Assembly (NCBI GenBank): GCA_963675785.1 | Contig: OY776562.1 | Coordinates: forward strand, 2,624,001 to 2,688,000 | Direction of reading: 5' to 3' | Length of the DNA: 64,000 nt | From: Anaerolineae bacterium | Lineage (GTDB): Bacteria; Chloroflexota; Anaerolineae; UBA1429 | Shown here: positions 1 through 9,268 of the stretch, piece by piece | Layout of the letters: each line of letters starts with the position of its first letter | Numbering within the stretch: position 1 is the stretch's first letter | Notes under the pieces: model-generated | Databases searched by the model: none | What the model was told of the DNA's origin: nothing | The model's input: the letters and a program-made list of their open reading frames with translations, nothing else | Translations under genes and position numbers: made by a program

Positions 1-182
1 GATTGCATAAGCAATGGGCTCCAGCTGGCCATTTGACGCAAATCCGTCACAATCGTGCTACCAGTCAGTTCAAGCTCACGCGAAAAAGCGACCTCAATGA
101 GCGTAGCAAGGTCATCGAGATCGCGATGAGGAACAAAAGCACGTATGGGGCCGTGTTGTTTACGAGTATCTGCAATGGCCAC
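1..182 (-). CDS. 5' part of a probable GNAT-family N-acetyltransferase (runs off the window edge)
   Basis: Manual translation from GTG at 182: VAIADTRKQHGPIRAFVPHRDLDDLATLIEVAFSRELELTG...; open to the edge and resembles the N-terminus of Chloroflexi GNATs (IRxFxPxRDL..A.LIE..F). Confidence 0.5.
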   Translation of the reverse strand, partial: MAIADTRKQHGPIRAFVPHRDLDDLATLIEVAFSRELELTGSTIVTDLRQMASWSPLLMQ

Positions 183-268
183 AGCGCCGCCACCTTGATT
201 CAATAAAAAGCAATAATATCCTGTATTAACTATACACGCGGGAACCGCCCCGGTCAACGAATTATTGA

Positions 269-1066
269 TTAGAGCTGGTGCCCGCGAAGCGTCACATCAC
301 CCACATAGAATGTTCGGCACTCGCCATGAACATCTTGCACCAACAGCGCCCCAAACTCGTCAACGCCAACTGCTACCCCCGTAAACACACCTTCTGACGT
401 GCCAACAGAGACCGTCTTGTTGATCGTCTCCAGGTTCGCTTGCCAATCAGTATGGGGCTGCCAGCCAGTATCAAGCAGATCGAGATACGCTTCCACATGG
501 CGCAAAAGTGCGAGCAATACATCAAGACGCGACACCTCGTGCCCGGTCTCTGCCATCAGACTCGTTGCTGGTGTCATGATCTTTCCAAGGAGACTAGGGT
601 CGAGATTCACATTAATGCCCATACCCACAACAGCATAGGCCAACTGAGAGCCCCTGGCACAAAGCTCTGTAAGCACGCCACCCAGCTTTTTGCCATTTAC
701 CGTCAGATCGTTGGGCCACTTGATAAACACCCTAACGCCGGTCACCTCGCGGATTGCCCGAACGGCTGCTAACGAACAAATCATGGTAGTCCACTGGGCA
801 TGCATCAGTTGGATATCGGGTCTGAGCACCAAGGAAAACAGCAGTGAGCTGCCCATCGGGGCCTGCCACGAACGCCCCAGCCGGCCTTTTCCAGCAGTTT
901 GGGCATTAGCGACGACCAGTGTACCATGAGGAGCCTCGGCAACTGCCAGCGCCACGGCGCGTATGTTCGTTGAATCAATCGATTCATAAAACTCGCCGTG
1001 CCGTCCGACAAACCGAGTTTGTAATCTCTTTTGAATTGTCTCAAACGTCAATTGTGACATGTTCAT
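269..1066 (-). CDS. birA: Biotin--[acetyl-CoA carboxylase] ligase without HTH domain
   Basis: IDSTN, QTAGKGRLGRSW, KWPND, KKLGGVL motifs. Confidence 0.95.
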   Translation of the reverse strand: MNMSQLTFETIQKRLQTRFVGRHGEFYESIDSTNIRAVALAVAEAPHGTLVVANAQTAGKGRLGRSWQAPMGSSLLFSLVLRPDIQLMHAQWTTMICSLAAVRAIREVTGVRVFIKWPNDLTVNGKKLGGVLTELCARGSQLAYAVVGMGINVNLDPSLLGKIMTPATSLMAETGHEVSRLDVLLALLRHVEAYLDLLDTGWQPHTDWQANLETINKTVSVGTSEGVFTGVAVGVDEFGALLVQDVHGECRTFYVGDVTLRGHQL

Positions 1067-1077
1067 TCTTTCATAAC

Positions 1078-1104
1078 AAAAAAACCCTCTCTACAAAGAG
1101 AGGG
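1078..1104 (-). terminator. Intrinsic terminator after tRNA-Val
   Basis: Minus-strand hairpin CCCTCTCT-TTGT-AGAGAGGG followed by a T run. Confidence 0.7.
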
Positions 1105-1110
1105 CCAGTG

Positions 1111-1184
<74 letters not shown>

Positions 1185-1368
1185 AACACCGCGAGTATAG
1201 CACAGTGATTCTTTGCGAGCAAATGGCCTGGCGATGCACAAAAGCGAATGTCTGCCATTTTGACAAAGATAACACCCAGCGATATACTTTGTATCTGCCT
1301 AGGCCGGGGTCTCGATGAATGAGTCCGGTCACGACTAGATATAACGAGGCTCCCGGAGGTAAGGGAAC

Positions 1369-1680
1369 GTGTACGCAGTAATAGAAACTGGTGGCAAGCA
1401 GTACAAGGTTACGGCAGGCGACACTGTCGCTGTTGAAAAGCTCGATGCCGAGGTCGGCGATATAATCGAGCTGGATCGCGTATTGATGGTCTCGGACGAA
1501 AATGGTGTGCGAGTTGGTCAACCCGCTGTCGATGGCGTTAGCGTCAAGGCAACTGTGGTGGATCAGGCCAAGGGCCGTAAGGTTCTTGTGTTCAAGTATC
1601 GCGCCAAGCAGCGTTACCGCCGCAAGGTGGGTCATCGTCAGCCTCTGACACGTCTGCATATTGACGAGATTAGCGCGTAA
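1369..1680 (+). CDS. rplU: 50S ribosomal protein L21
   Basis: MYAVIETGGKQYKV...GHRQPLT. Confidence 0.98.
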   Translation: MYAVIETGGKQYKVTAGDTVAVEKLDAEVGDIIELDRVLMVSDENGVRVGQPAVDGVSVKATVVDQAKGRKVLVFKYRAKQRYRRKVGHRQPLTRLHIDEISA

Positions 1681-1703
1681 AACGGTCTGGGAGGGATTGA
1701 CAG

Positions 1704-1964
1704 ATGGCACATAAAAAGGGTGGCGGAACTAGCTCGAATGGCCGCGATAGTAATGCCAAGCGTCTTGGCGTCAAGCGGTTTGGTGGTCAAGAGGTAAACG
1801 CTGGCACAATCATTGTTCGTCAGCGCGGTACCCGTATCCATCCCGGAACAAATGTCGGCTGCGGTAGCGACTATACGCTCTTTGCCAAGGTGGATGGCTA
1901 TGTTACGTTCGAAGACTTTGGCCGCGGCAAGAAGAGAGTCTCTGTTTACTCTGAAAGGAACTAG
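1704..1964 (+). CDS. rpmA: 50S ribosomal protein L27
   Basis: [20 protein letters not shown]...IIVRQRGT. Confidence 0.98.
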   Translation: MAHKKGGGTSSNGRDSNAKRLGVKRFGGQEVNAGTIIVRQRGTRIHPGTNVGCGSDYTLFAKVDGYVTFEDFGRGKKRVSVYSERN

Positions 1965-1966
1965 CC

Positions 1967-2311
1967 GTGAAAAAAGATATTCATCCTACGTATTATGAGG
2001 ATGCTACAGTAACTTGCGCTTGTGGCAACACTTGGACAACCGGTTCGACGCAGAAGGAAATTCGTACTGACGTTTGCAGTCAGTGTCATCCTTTCTTTAC
2101 TGGCCAGCAGCGTATTGTTGATACGGCAGGCCAGGTAGAGCGCTTTACCAAGCGTTTCGAGACTGCCCAAATGCTGCGCGAGCAGGACAAGGTACGAGCC
2201 AAGGCCCGTGCCGAGCGTGAGCGCGAACGAGCTCTGGTTGAGATCGTTGACGAGGACGACTCGGTTGAAGGTCTTGACAGCCTGGTTCAGGAAGCTGATA
2301 GCGCCGAGTAG
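1967..2311 (+). CDS. rpmE: 50S ribosomal protein L31 (Zn-binding type) with C-terminal extension
   Basis: [27 protein letters not shown]. Confidence 0.95.
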   Translation: MKKDIHPTYYEDATVTCACGNTWTTGSTQKEIRTDVCSQCHPFFTGQQRIVDTAGQVERFTKRFETAQMLREQDKVRAKARAERERERALVEIVDEDDSVEGLDSLVQEADSAE

Positions 2312-2332
2312 GCCCAGTCTTTCATGACATCC

Positions 2333-2368
2333 AAGGGGGCAGAGTGAGTTCACTCTGCCCCCTTTTTT
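2333..2368 (+). terminator. Intrinsic terminator after rpmE
   Basis: GGGGGCAGAGTGA-GT-TCACTCTGCCCCC followed by TTTTTT. Confidence 0.85.
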
Positions 2369-2386
2369 CTTACCCAGGAGAAGGCC

Positions 2387-2986
2387 ATGTCATTCAATCG
2401 TTATAACGGCGGCTGGATCGAAGTAATTTGTGGGTGCATGTTTAGCGGCAAGACTGAAGAACTCATTCGCCGCATCAACCGTGCAGAAATCGCCCGGCAG
2501 CGCGTCCAAGTCTTTCAACACAGCCTGGATGAAAGATATGGAACACGCCGTATTGCTTCCCACTCGGGAGCCTGGGCTGACGCTACCACCGTCAAATACT
2601 CTCAGGATATTATTCAAGCAGTCGAACCTGATACCACTGTTGTCGCGATTGATGAAGTTCAATTCTTTGACGACGAAATAACCAGCGTTGCCGAAAAACT
2701 GGCGGCGCAGGGCATACGTGTCATCGCTGCGGGCCTGGATATGGATTTCAGGGGAGAGCCCTTTGGCCCCATGCCACAGATGATGGCCGTGGCCGAGCTC
2801 GTCAGCAAGCTACACGCCATTTGTATTCAATGCGGCGCTTCAGCGACTAGAACGCAGCGCCTCATTGATGGCCGACCAGCATATTATGATGATCCAATCA
2901 TCCTCGTTGGCGCTAGCGAAGTCTATGAAGCACGATGCCGGGCATGCCATCAGGTACCCAAAAAGGAGCACAATGACCAAATTTAA
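2387..2986 (+). CDS. tdk: Thymidine kinase
   Basis: [29 protein letters not shown], zinc-binding CxxC and YEARCRAC. Confidence 0.96.
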   Translation: MSFNRYNGGWIEVICGCMFSGKTEELIRRINRAEIARQRVQVFQHSLDERYGTRRIASHSGAWADATTVKYSQDIIQAVEPDTTVVAIDEVQFFDDEITSVAEKLAAQGIRVIAAGLDMDFRGEPFGPMPQMMAVAELVSKLHAICIQCGASATRTQRLIDGRPAYYDDPIILVGASEVYEARCRACHQVPKKEHNDQI

Positions 2987-3887
2987 CTATGGGGGGCAGG
3001 CAGTCATTGAAGGCGTCATGATGCGCGGAGAGCACGAATTTGCAGTTGCCGCCCGCAAGCCCTCGGGCGAAATAGCTGTGCACCGTGATAAACTGAACGA
3101 AACGCTATACGGTCGCCTGCTCAAAATTCCCTTTTTACGCGGGTTGGTCATGCTCTGGGATTCGATGGGATTAGGACTGCAAGCTTTGATGTGGTCTGGT
3201 GATACGGCCCTGGAAGAAGAGGAAGATGTTAGTTTCTCCGGCCCTGCCGCCTGGGGTACAGTGGCCGTCTCGCTGTTACTCGGCGTGGGTCTCTTTTTCG
3301 TGTTGCCTATGTTCATCACCACCGCACTGGACAAGTTCATTATCTCGGACTTTTGGAGCAATGTGGTAGAAGGCCTGGTTCGCCTGGCAATATTCCTCAT
3401 CTATTTATCAGCCATCAGCCTCATGCCCGATATTCGACGCGTGTTTGCCTACCATGGTGCAGAGCATAAAACTATCAACGCTTACGAAGCGGGAGCCCCG
3501 CTCATACCAGAAGAAGTCGCCAAGTACTCGCGCACCCACACACGCTGCGGCACGGGTTTTCTGCTCATCGTCATGCTTGTTTTCATTCTGGTGGCCGCCT
3601 TATTTGGCCGTCCCATCCTTATTTGGCGCCTGCTCTCTCGCATCGTGCTCATTCCCATTGTGGCTGGCATCTCTTACGAAATCATGAAACTCTTGGCCAA
3701 GAATTACGAAAAACATGCCTGGGCACGCATTCTGGTGGCTCCAGGCCTGACTCTCCAAAAGCTTACTACACGCGAACCCGAAACTGATATGCTGGAGGTG
3801 AGCATTGCGGCTCTCAAAGCGGTGCTTGATTCAGAAGGGCTTACAGACGAGCCTGGCAGTGTAGAGAGTATGAGCGATGCCAACTAG
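2973..3887 (+). CDS. DUF1385 family membrane protein
   Basis: [30 protein letters not shown] motifs; start placed at ATG 2973 after an AGGAG RBS. Confidence 0.9.
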   Translation: MTKFNYGGQAVIEGVMMRGEHEFAVAARKPSGEIAVHRDKLNETLYGRLLKIPFLRGLVMLWDSMGLGLQALMWSGDTALEEEEDVSFSGPAAWGTVAVSLLLGVGLFFVLPMFITTALDKFIISDFWSNVVEGLVRLAIFLIYLSAISLMPDIRRVFAYHGAEHKTINAYEAGAPLIPEEVAKYSRTHTRCGTGFLLIVMLVFILVAALFGRPILIWRLLSRIVLIPIVAGISYEIMKLLAKNYEKHAWARILVAPGLTLQKLTTREPETDMLEVSIAALKAVLDSEGLTDEPGSVESMSDAN

Positions 3888-5235
3888 AGACGAACAGTTA
3901 GCCAAAGCAAATGCACCGGCGCAGCGCGCCATGCAATTGCACCCCTATTATCACGGCAAGATCCAAACGACTGCCAAGGTGCCCGTAAAAAGCCTGCAAG
4001 ACTTTTCTGTGTGGTATACACCCGGGGTTGCCGAACCTTGCAAAGCCATCGCAGCCGATCCCTGTCTGGTATATGAACACACCAACAAGGGCAATACGGT
4101 CGCCATCGTCAGCGATGGAACCCGCGTCTTGGGATTGGGCGATATTGGCCCTCGTGCAGCTATGCCGGTGATGGAGGGTAAAGCACTGCTCTTTAAATAT
4201 TTGGGCGGCGTAGACGCTGTGCCTCTCTGCATCGACGCAGAGACCCCGGAAGAAATGATATCCTTTGTGCGGGCCATCCAGCCCACTTTTGGCGGTGTCA
4301 ATCTGGAAGACATTGCCCAGCCCAAGTGCTTTCGCATTCTAGACACCTTGCGCAATGATCCGAACATGCGGATCCCCGTATTCCATGACGACCAGCAGGG
4401 CACGGCTACGGTGCTCCTTTCCGGCCTGCTGAATGCCCTAGAAATTGTCGGCAAAGAATTGCGGGATATTCGCATTGCCCTGGTAGGCACAGGTGCCGCC
4501 AATATCGCCGTGCTGCGCCTGCTGATGGCCAGTGGCGTCTCGATGGCACAAATCACCGCCACCGACGTACGAGGTATTTTGCACGAGAACCGCAAAGATT
4601 TGCGCGATGAATCTGAAGACTGCCCCGACCGCTGGCAACTTTGCCTGCAGGGAAACCCCGATAACCGCCGCGGCGCCATTGCTGAAGCCATGGAGGATGC
4701 CGATGTGGTCATCGCCTTTGCCTGTCCAGGACCCGGTGTCATCAAACCTGAATGGGTGCACACCATGGCGGATGATGCTATCGTCTTTGCCTGTTCCAAC
4801 CCCACGCCAGAGATCTGGCCTTGGGAGGCCAAAGAAGCGGGGGCAAGAATCGTAGGCACCGGGCGATCGGACTTTGCCAACCAGTTGAATAACTCACTGG
4901 GCTTTCCAGCAATTTTCCGCGGTGCATTGGATGTTCGCGCCCAAACGATTACCGATGAGATGTGCCTGGCCGCCGCCCACGAACTAGCCACAACGGGGCA
5001 AGAACGCGGCCTCTCTGAAGATACAATCCTGCCCAAGATGGATGATTTCGAGATCTATCCCCGCGAGGCCCTTGCTGTGGGCTTGTGCGCCATAGAACAG
5101 GGCGTTGCTCAGATCGAGATGTCTCGGGATGAGCTTGAAAAGACTGTACGCAGCCGTATTAATACCGGCAGAGAAATGATCGAATCCATGATGGAGCATG
5201 GCCTCATTGCGCCAGCTCCAGGGCAAGACGAGTAG
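3877..5235 (+). CDS. NAD(P)-dependent malic enzyme (short form)
   Basis: YTPGVAEPC, VLGLGDIG, MEGKALLFK, NLEDI, VFHDDQQGT, GRSD..NQ.NN.L.FP. Confidence 0.93.
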   Translation: MPTRDEQLAKANAPAQRAMQLHPYYHGKIQTTAKVPVKSLQDFSVWYTPGVAEPCKAIAADPCLVYEHTNKGNTVAIVSDGTRVLGLGDIGPRAAMPVMEGKALLFKYLGGVDAVPLCIDAETPEEMISFVRAIQPTFGGVNLEDIAQPKCFRILDTLRNDPNMRIPVFHDDQQGTATVLLSGLLNALEIVGKELRDIRIALVGTGAANIAVLRLLMASGVSMAQITATDVRGILHENRKDLRDESEDCPDRWQLCLQGNPDNRRGAIAEAMEDADVVIAFACPGPGVIKPEWVHTMADDAIVFACSNPTPEIWPWEAKEAGARIVGTGRSDFANQLNNSLGFPAIFRGALDVRAQTITDEMCLAAAHELATTGQERGLSEDTILPKMDDFEIYPREALAVGLCAIEQGVAQIEMSRDELEKTVRSRINTGREMIESMMEHGLIAPAPGQDE

Positions 5236-5245
5236 GACTTGGACC

Positions 5246-5926
5246 GTGACAGATTCTAGAAAGAGCTTTAAATATTTCGAGTTTGTGATGATGAGCTTTG
5301 TTGCTGTACTCATGATCAGCAATATCGCCTCCACCAAGATCCTTGATCTCGGACCTTTTACTTTTGATGGCGGCACGATTCTTTTTCCGTTGAGCTATAT
5401 CTTTGGCGATGTGCTCACCGAAGTTTACGGCTATGCCCGTTCGCGGCGCGTCATCTGGTCGGGATTTGCAGCAGCAGCCTTGATGGCCGGTGTGTTGGCT
5501 CTAGTAGGGGCATTGCCGGCAGATGCCAGTTGGAGCGGCCAAGAAGCCTATAACACCATCCTGGGGCAAACACCGCGCATTGTCGCTGGCAGCCTCATTG
5601 CCTATTTTGTAGGCGAGTTTTCCAACTCAGTAGTCCTGGCCAAGCTCAAAGTACGCACAGAGGGCCGCTGGTTATGGATACGCACCATTGCCAGTACACT
5701 GGTAGGTGAAGGTCTCGACACAATCATCTTTGTCTTGATCGCTTTTTACGGCACTCTGCCCAGCGAGACGTTGATAGCCGTGATGCTCTCGAATTACGTG
5801 TTCAAGGTGGGGTTAGAAGCACTGCTTACACCAGTGACCTATTGGGTAGTAAACAAGCTCAAAAAGGCCGAACAAGAAGATTATTACGATCGAGATACGG
5901 ATTTTAACCCGTTTACCCTCGACTAG
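5246..5926 (+). CDS. Queuosine precursor transporter (VUT/YhhQ, DUF165)
   Basis: SNIASTK, FPLSYIFGDVLTEVYGY, W.RT..ST.VGE..DT. Confidence 0.9.
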   Translation: MTDSRKSFKYFEFVMMSFVAVLMISNIASTKILDLGPFTFDGGTILFPLSYIFGDVLTEVYGYARSRRVIWSGFAAAALMAGVLALVGALPADASWSGQEAYNTILGQTPRIVAGSLIAYFVGEFSNSVVLAKLKVRTEGRWLWIRTIASTLVGEGLDTIIFVLIAFYGTLPSETLIAVMLSNYVFKVGLEALLTPVTYWVVNKLKKAEQEDYYDRDTDFNPFTLD

Positions 5927-5938
5927 CGGAGTGTGTGC

Positions 5939-6874
5939 ATGACGACGGATCAAGAACTCTTATTTGACGATAATCTGCCTCCCGACCATCGTAGTGGCTT
6001 TGTGGCGCTGGTGGGCAAGCCCAATGTGGGAAAATCTACCCTTCTAAACCGCTGGCTGGGCGTCAAACTCGCTGCTGTCTCACCCAAGCCGCAAACAACC
6101 CGTAACCGCATCTTGGGGATATTGACCCAAGAAAAGGCGCAAGTCATTTTTATGGATACGCCCGGAATTCACTTGCCACACAGCAAACTGGGCGAATACA
6201 TGGTCCGAACCGCCTCAGATACACTCCGTGATGCAGATGTTGTCGTCTTTATGGTTGATGGGCAAAGCCCGCCCAACGAAGCCGATCGTCAGGTTGCACA
6301 GGCTGTTGCCGGAGCCAGATGTCCCTCTATTTTGGCAATCAATAAAGTCGATGCCGTTGCTTCGGGCGCTTTGCTGACAAACTGGGCCGCTTATGCCGAG
6401 TTGGGCGAGTTTGATACGGTGATGGGCATCAGTGCCCTTGAGGGTACTATGACCGATGAGCTTTTTGCAGAGCTGCTCGGCAAGTTGCCCTTTGGGCCAC
6501 GGTTTTTCCCTGAAGATCAGATTTCCAATGTGCAAGAGCGTTTTATCGCTTCAGAACTCATTCGTGAACAACTGTTGAGAAACCTCGAACAAGAGGTGCC
6601 CTACGCCTCGGCTGTGATCGTTGACGAGTTTACTGAAGCTGAAAACCACATTGAGATCTTGGCAACGGTGTTTGTTGAAAGGGAATCGCAGAAACGCATT
6701 GTCATTGGCAACAAGGGCAGCATGATCAAACATATTAGCGAAGCTGCAGCCAAGGACATCAGCAACTTTTTCAGCAAACGCACCAAGGTCAGGCTTTGGG
6801 TCAAGGTCCGAGATAACTGGCGCAAAGATAACCGCTCATTGCAAGAGTTCGGTTATTCATTCGAGGACAAATAA
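5939..6874 (+). CDS. era: GTPase Era
   Basis: GKPNVGKSTLLN, PQTTR, DTPG, NKVD and C-terminal KH domain (VIGNKG). Confidence 0.97.
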   Translation: MTTDQELLFDDNLPPDHRSGFVALVGKPNVGKSTLLNRWLGVKLAAVSPKPQTTRNRILGILTQEKAQVIFMDTPGIHLPHSKLGEYMVRTASDTLRDADVVVFMVDGQSPPNEADRQVAQAVAGARCPSILAINKVDAVASGALLTNWAAYAELGEFDTVMGISALEGTMTDELFAELLGKLPFGPRFFPEDQISNVQERFIASELIREQLLRNLEQEVPYASAVIVDEFTEAENHIEILATVFVERESQKRIVIGNKGSMIKHISEAAAKDISNFFSKRTKVRLWVKVRDNWRKDNRSLQEFGYSFEDK

Positions 6875-6986
6875 TTCTGGCAAGACTCTAGACTATAGAG
6901 GCACTACTCGCTATACTCTAATTAAGAACTGCATCCAATAGGCATTGCCCTTCTTTAAGGGCACAACTCGCTGCAGGGGGTATTCC

Positions 6987-7634
6987 ATGTTTGTACGCGA
7001 TCGAATGTCCCACCATCCTATCACTGTCACACCTGATACATCGCTGCATGAAGCCCTAAAACGGATGCACGAGGAACACGTGCGCAGGCTCCCCGTTCTC
7101 GACAGACACGGGAAACTCGTCGGCATTGTGAATGAAAGAGATCTCTTATACGCCTCGCCATCTCCGGCTACCAGCTTGAGCGTATATGAGCTCAATTACC
7201 TCGTCTCTCGCGTCTTGGTTTCAGAGCTCATGACAAAGACCGTGATCACCGTCACCGAGGACACACCTCTAGAAGAGGCAGCCCGAATTATGGAGGACAA
7301 CGACATCAGCGGTTTGCCCGTCATGAGAGGCGATACGCTCGTCGGGATGATCACCGAAAGCGACCTTTTCAAAATATTCCTGGAAATGTTAGGAGCACGA
7401 GCTTGGGGATTGCGAATTTCTCTCAAAGTGGCCGATAAAAGAGGTGTTCTCGCCACAATTACCCGAGAGATATCTGATGCAGGCGGTAACATTGTCGCCC
7501 TGGGAACCTTTTGGGGGGACGACCCCACGAGTGGTCGAATTGCCATGAAAGTTCAGGGAATAGAAAAAGAAAAGATCGAAGAGATCATGCAGGATATCGA
7601 TGCCGAAATCACCGACATCCGCGAAACAAAATAG
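6987..7634 (+). CDS. CBS-pair + ACT domain protein (AcuB-like)
   Basis: Two CBS repeats, ASPSPATSLSVYELNY, C-terminal ACT (DKRGVLA). Confidence 0.85.
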   Translation: MFVRDRMSHHPITVTPDTSLHEALKRMHEEHVRRLPVLDRHGKLVGIVNERDLLYASPSPATSLSVYELNYLVSRVLVSELMTKTVITVTEDTPLEEAARIMEDNDISGLPVMRGDTLVGMITESDLFKIFLEMLGARAWGLRISLKVADKRGVLATITREISDAGGNIVALGTFWGDDPTSGRIAMKVQGIEKEKIEEIMQDIDAEITDIRETK

Positions 7635-7638
7635 AGCT

Positions 7639-7670
7639 AGAGGGGAGAGCGTGATCGCTCTCCCCTCTCT
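7639..7670. terminator. Hairpin between convergent acuB-like gene and rdgB
   Basis: AGAGGGGAGAGCG-TGAT-CGCTCTCCCCTCT. Confidence 0.7.
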
Positions 7671-7672
7671 TA

Positions 7673-8257
7673 TTAAGGCCGTAAAACTGCCCTAATTGCC
7701 GTTGCAGCCCTGGCCCGGTGGCTCAACTGGTTCTTGGTTTTTTCGTCGAGTTCCGCCATGGTTTTGCCAAGAGTTGGCAGATAAAAGACGGGATCATAAC
7801 CAAAACCGTGTTCGCCATGGGGCTCATCAGCAATTAATCCTTCGCATGCCCCGGATGCCGTCTCTAGACGACCTTCTGGCCAAGCCACGGCGATGACACA
7901 GCAAAAACGCGCTGTTCGCTGCATGCGCGGCACATTCCGCAGCTTATCGAGCACGAGCTCAAAGCGGTCACGATCATCTAAACCCTGACCGCCGTATCGC
8001 GCCGAATACACCCCTGGCTCGCCATGTAAAGCATCCACATTCAAACCAGAGTCATCGGCCAGTGTCATCATGCCAGATATTGCCGCATACTCCTTGGCCT
8101 TGAGAATTGCATTCTCCTCAAAGGTTTGGCCAGTTTCTTCAACTTCTCCTATGATGCCTGCTTCATCAAGCGTCAAAAGTTCGTATCCCAAATCAGCCAG
8201 TAACTCGGCATATTCGCGCTTTTTGCCGGCATTGTGTGTCGCAATCAAAAGCTGCAC
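7673..8257 (-). CDS. rdgB: XTP/dITP pyrophosphatase (HAM1)
   Basis: ATHNAGK, ENAILKA, ADDSGL, GFGYDPVF, SHR. Confidence 0.96.
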   Translation of the reverse strand: MQLLIATHNAGKKREYAELLADLGYELLTLDEAGIIGEVEETGQTFEENAILKAKEYAAISGMMTLADDSGLNVDALHGEPGVYSARYGGQGLDDRDRFELVLDKLRNVPRMQRTARFCCVIAVAWPEGRLETASGACEGLIADEPHGEHGFGYDPVFYLPTLGKTMAELDEKTKNQLSHRARAATAIRAVLRP

Positions 8258-8271
8258 CTTTTCAACTCTCC

Positions 8272-8946
8272 TCAGATTTTCTGATCTGTACGCGTCGCTC
8301 GGGAAAAGGTTAATCCATACACTTTTGAGGCCCCTGCCTCTCGTAAAGCGGCCGCTGCGGCTTCAAGAGTGGCCCCTGTCGTTAATACATCATCAACCAG
8401 CAAAACGCTAATGCCATCCAACTGTTTGTTACAGATAAAGGCATCTTGAACATTTTGCCAACGCTCCTGACGCCCCAGGCCAACCTGGCTCATCGTCTGC
8501 TTTTGCCTCACCAGGCAATCTTTATCCATCATCAGTCCCGCACGGCCTGCAATCTGGTGAGCTAAGAGTGCTGCCTGATTATACCCCCTAGAGCGCCTGC
8601 GCCTCTTGTGCAACGCTACCGGCACAACAAGGTCCACATCGATCCCAATTTGACGCCAGTAATCATACATCATCTCCCCAAGCGGCTCAGCAAGTATCCG
8701 AAGCCCCTCATACTTTAGCGCCAGAGCCGATGAGCGAGCCGGGCCGCTGTGCCAGCAGAGCGAATATACTTGATCGAGATGGGATGGAGCAAAACGCGTG
8801 CGCTGTACGTCAGAAAAGAATACCAATCCACCCTTGCATTTGGCGCAAAGCCATGCCCCCGCACAGCCGCAATGAACGCAGTGTGGTGGAAAGAAGAGAT
8901 CTGCTATTTGGTTGGTGAAACCGCTGATATAAGGCCCAATATCCAC
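8272..8946 (-). CDS. comF: ComF family protein (Zn finger + PRT domain)
   Basis: FPPHCVHC..LC..C, RGYNQA, LLVDDVLTTGATL; start uncertain (8946 or 8970). Confidence 0.9.
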   Translation of the reverse strand: MDIGPYISGFTNQIADLFFPPHCVHCGCAGAWLCAKCKGGLVFFSDVQRTRFAPSHLDQVYSLCWHSGPARSSALALKYEGLRILAEPLGEMMYDYWRQIGIDVDLVVPVALHKRRRRSRGYNQAALLAHQIAGRAGLMMDKDCLVRQKQTMSQVGLGRQERWQNVQDAFICNKQLDGISVLLVDDVLTTGATLEAAAAALREAGASKVYGLTFSRATRTDQKI

Positions 8947-8988
8947 AATACTATAGTAACCGCACACCATCCACTAGGCAACAGATGA

Positions 8989-9017
8989 TTGCTCGCCAAG
9001 AGGCCCTATGTTATACT
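8989..9017 (+). promoter_or_regulatory. Sigma70-type promoter
   Basis: TTGCTC-17 bp-TATACT with extended TG. Confidence 0.55.
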
Positions 9018-9268
9018 CCGACTCACATGAACGGCCCCTTGAATTACACTTGCCCCGTACTGCGTAAAGGCATCTGCTCAGGTGGAAACCCACTTGTCTG
9101 GTTATATATAATAGCGCCAATACGAATGTTTCGAGCTCGCGATTCGAAAAATGCGGATGCCGTGACGTTGTTGGATTATTCGATATCTCGGTTTCACCAA
9201 AACATCTGACCGTATAATATGCATACAGAATGGGTACACAGCGATCTGAGAACCAGAAAGGTCTCACG

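Noticed and set aside
1302-1330. Hairpin upstream of rplU as a possible L21 leader
   Set aside because: Imperfect stem that cannot be matched to a known leader model by eye
3951-5036. 361-aa antisense ORF (similarly 17300..18235 and 54745..55488)
   Set aside because: Antisense to well-supported genes, with no recognisable motifs
9107-9161. Resemblance to the glmS ribozyme (TAGCGCCA ... GCGGATGCC)
   Set aside because: The GACGAGG core and P1 stem are missing and no glmS gene follows; kept only as an unassigned structured candidate
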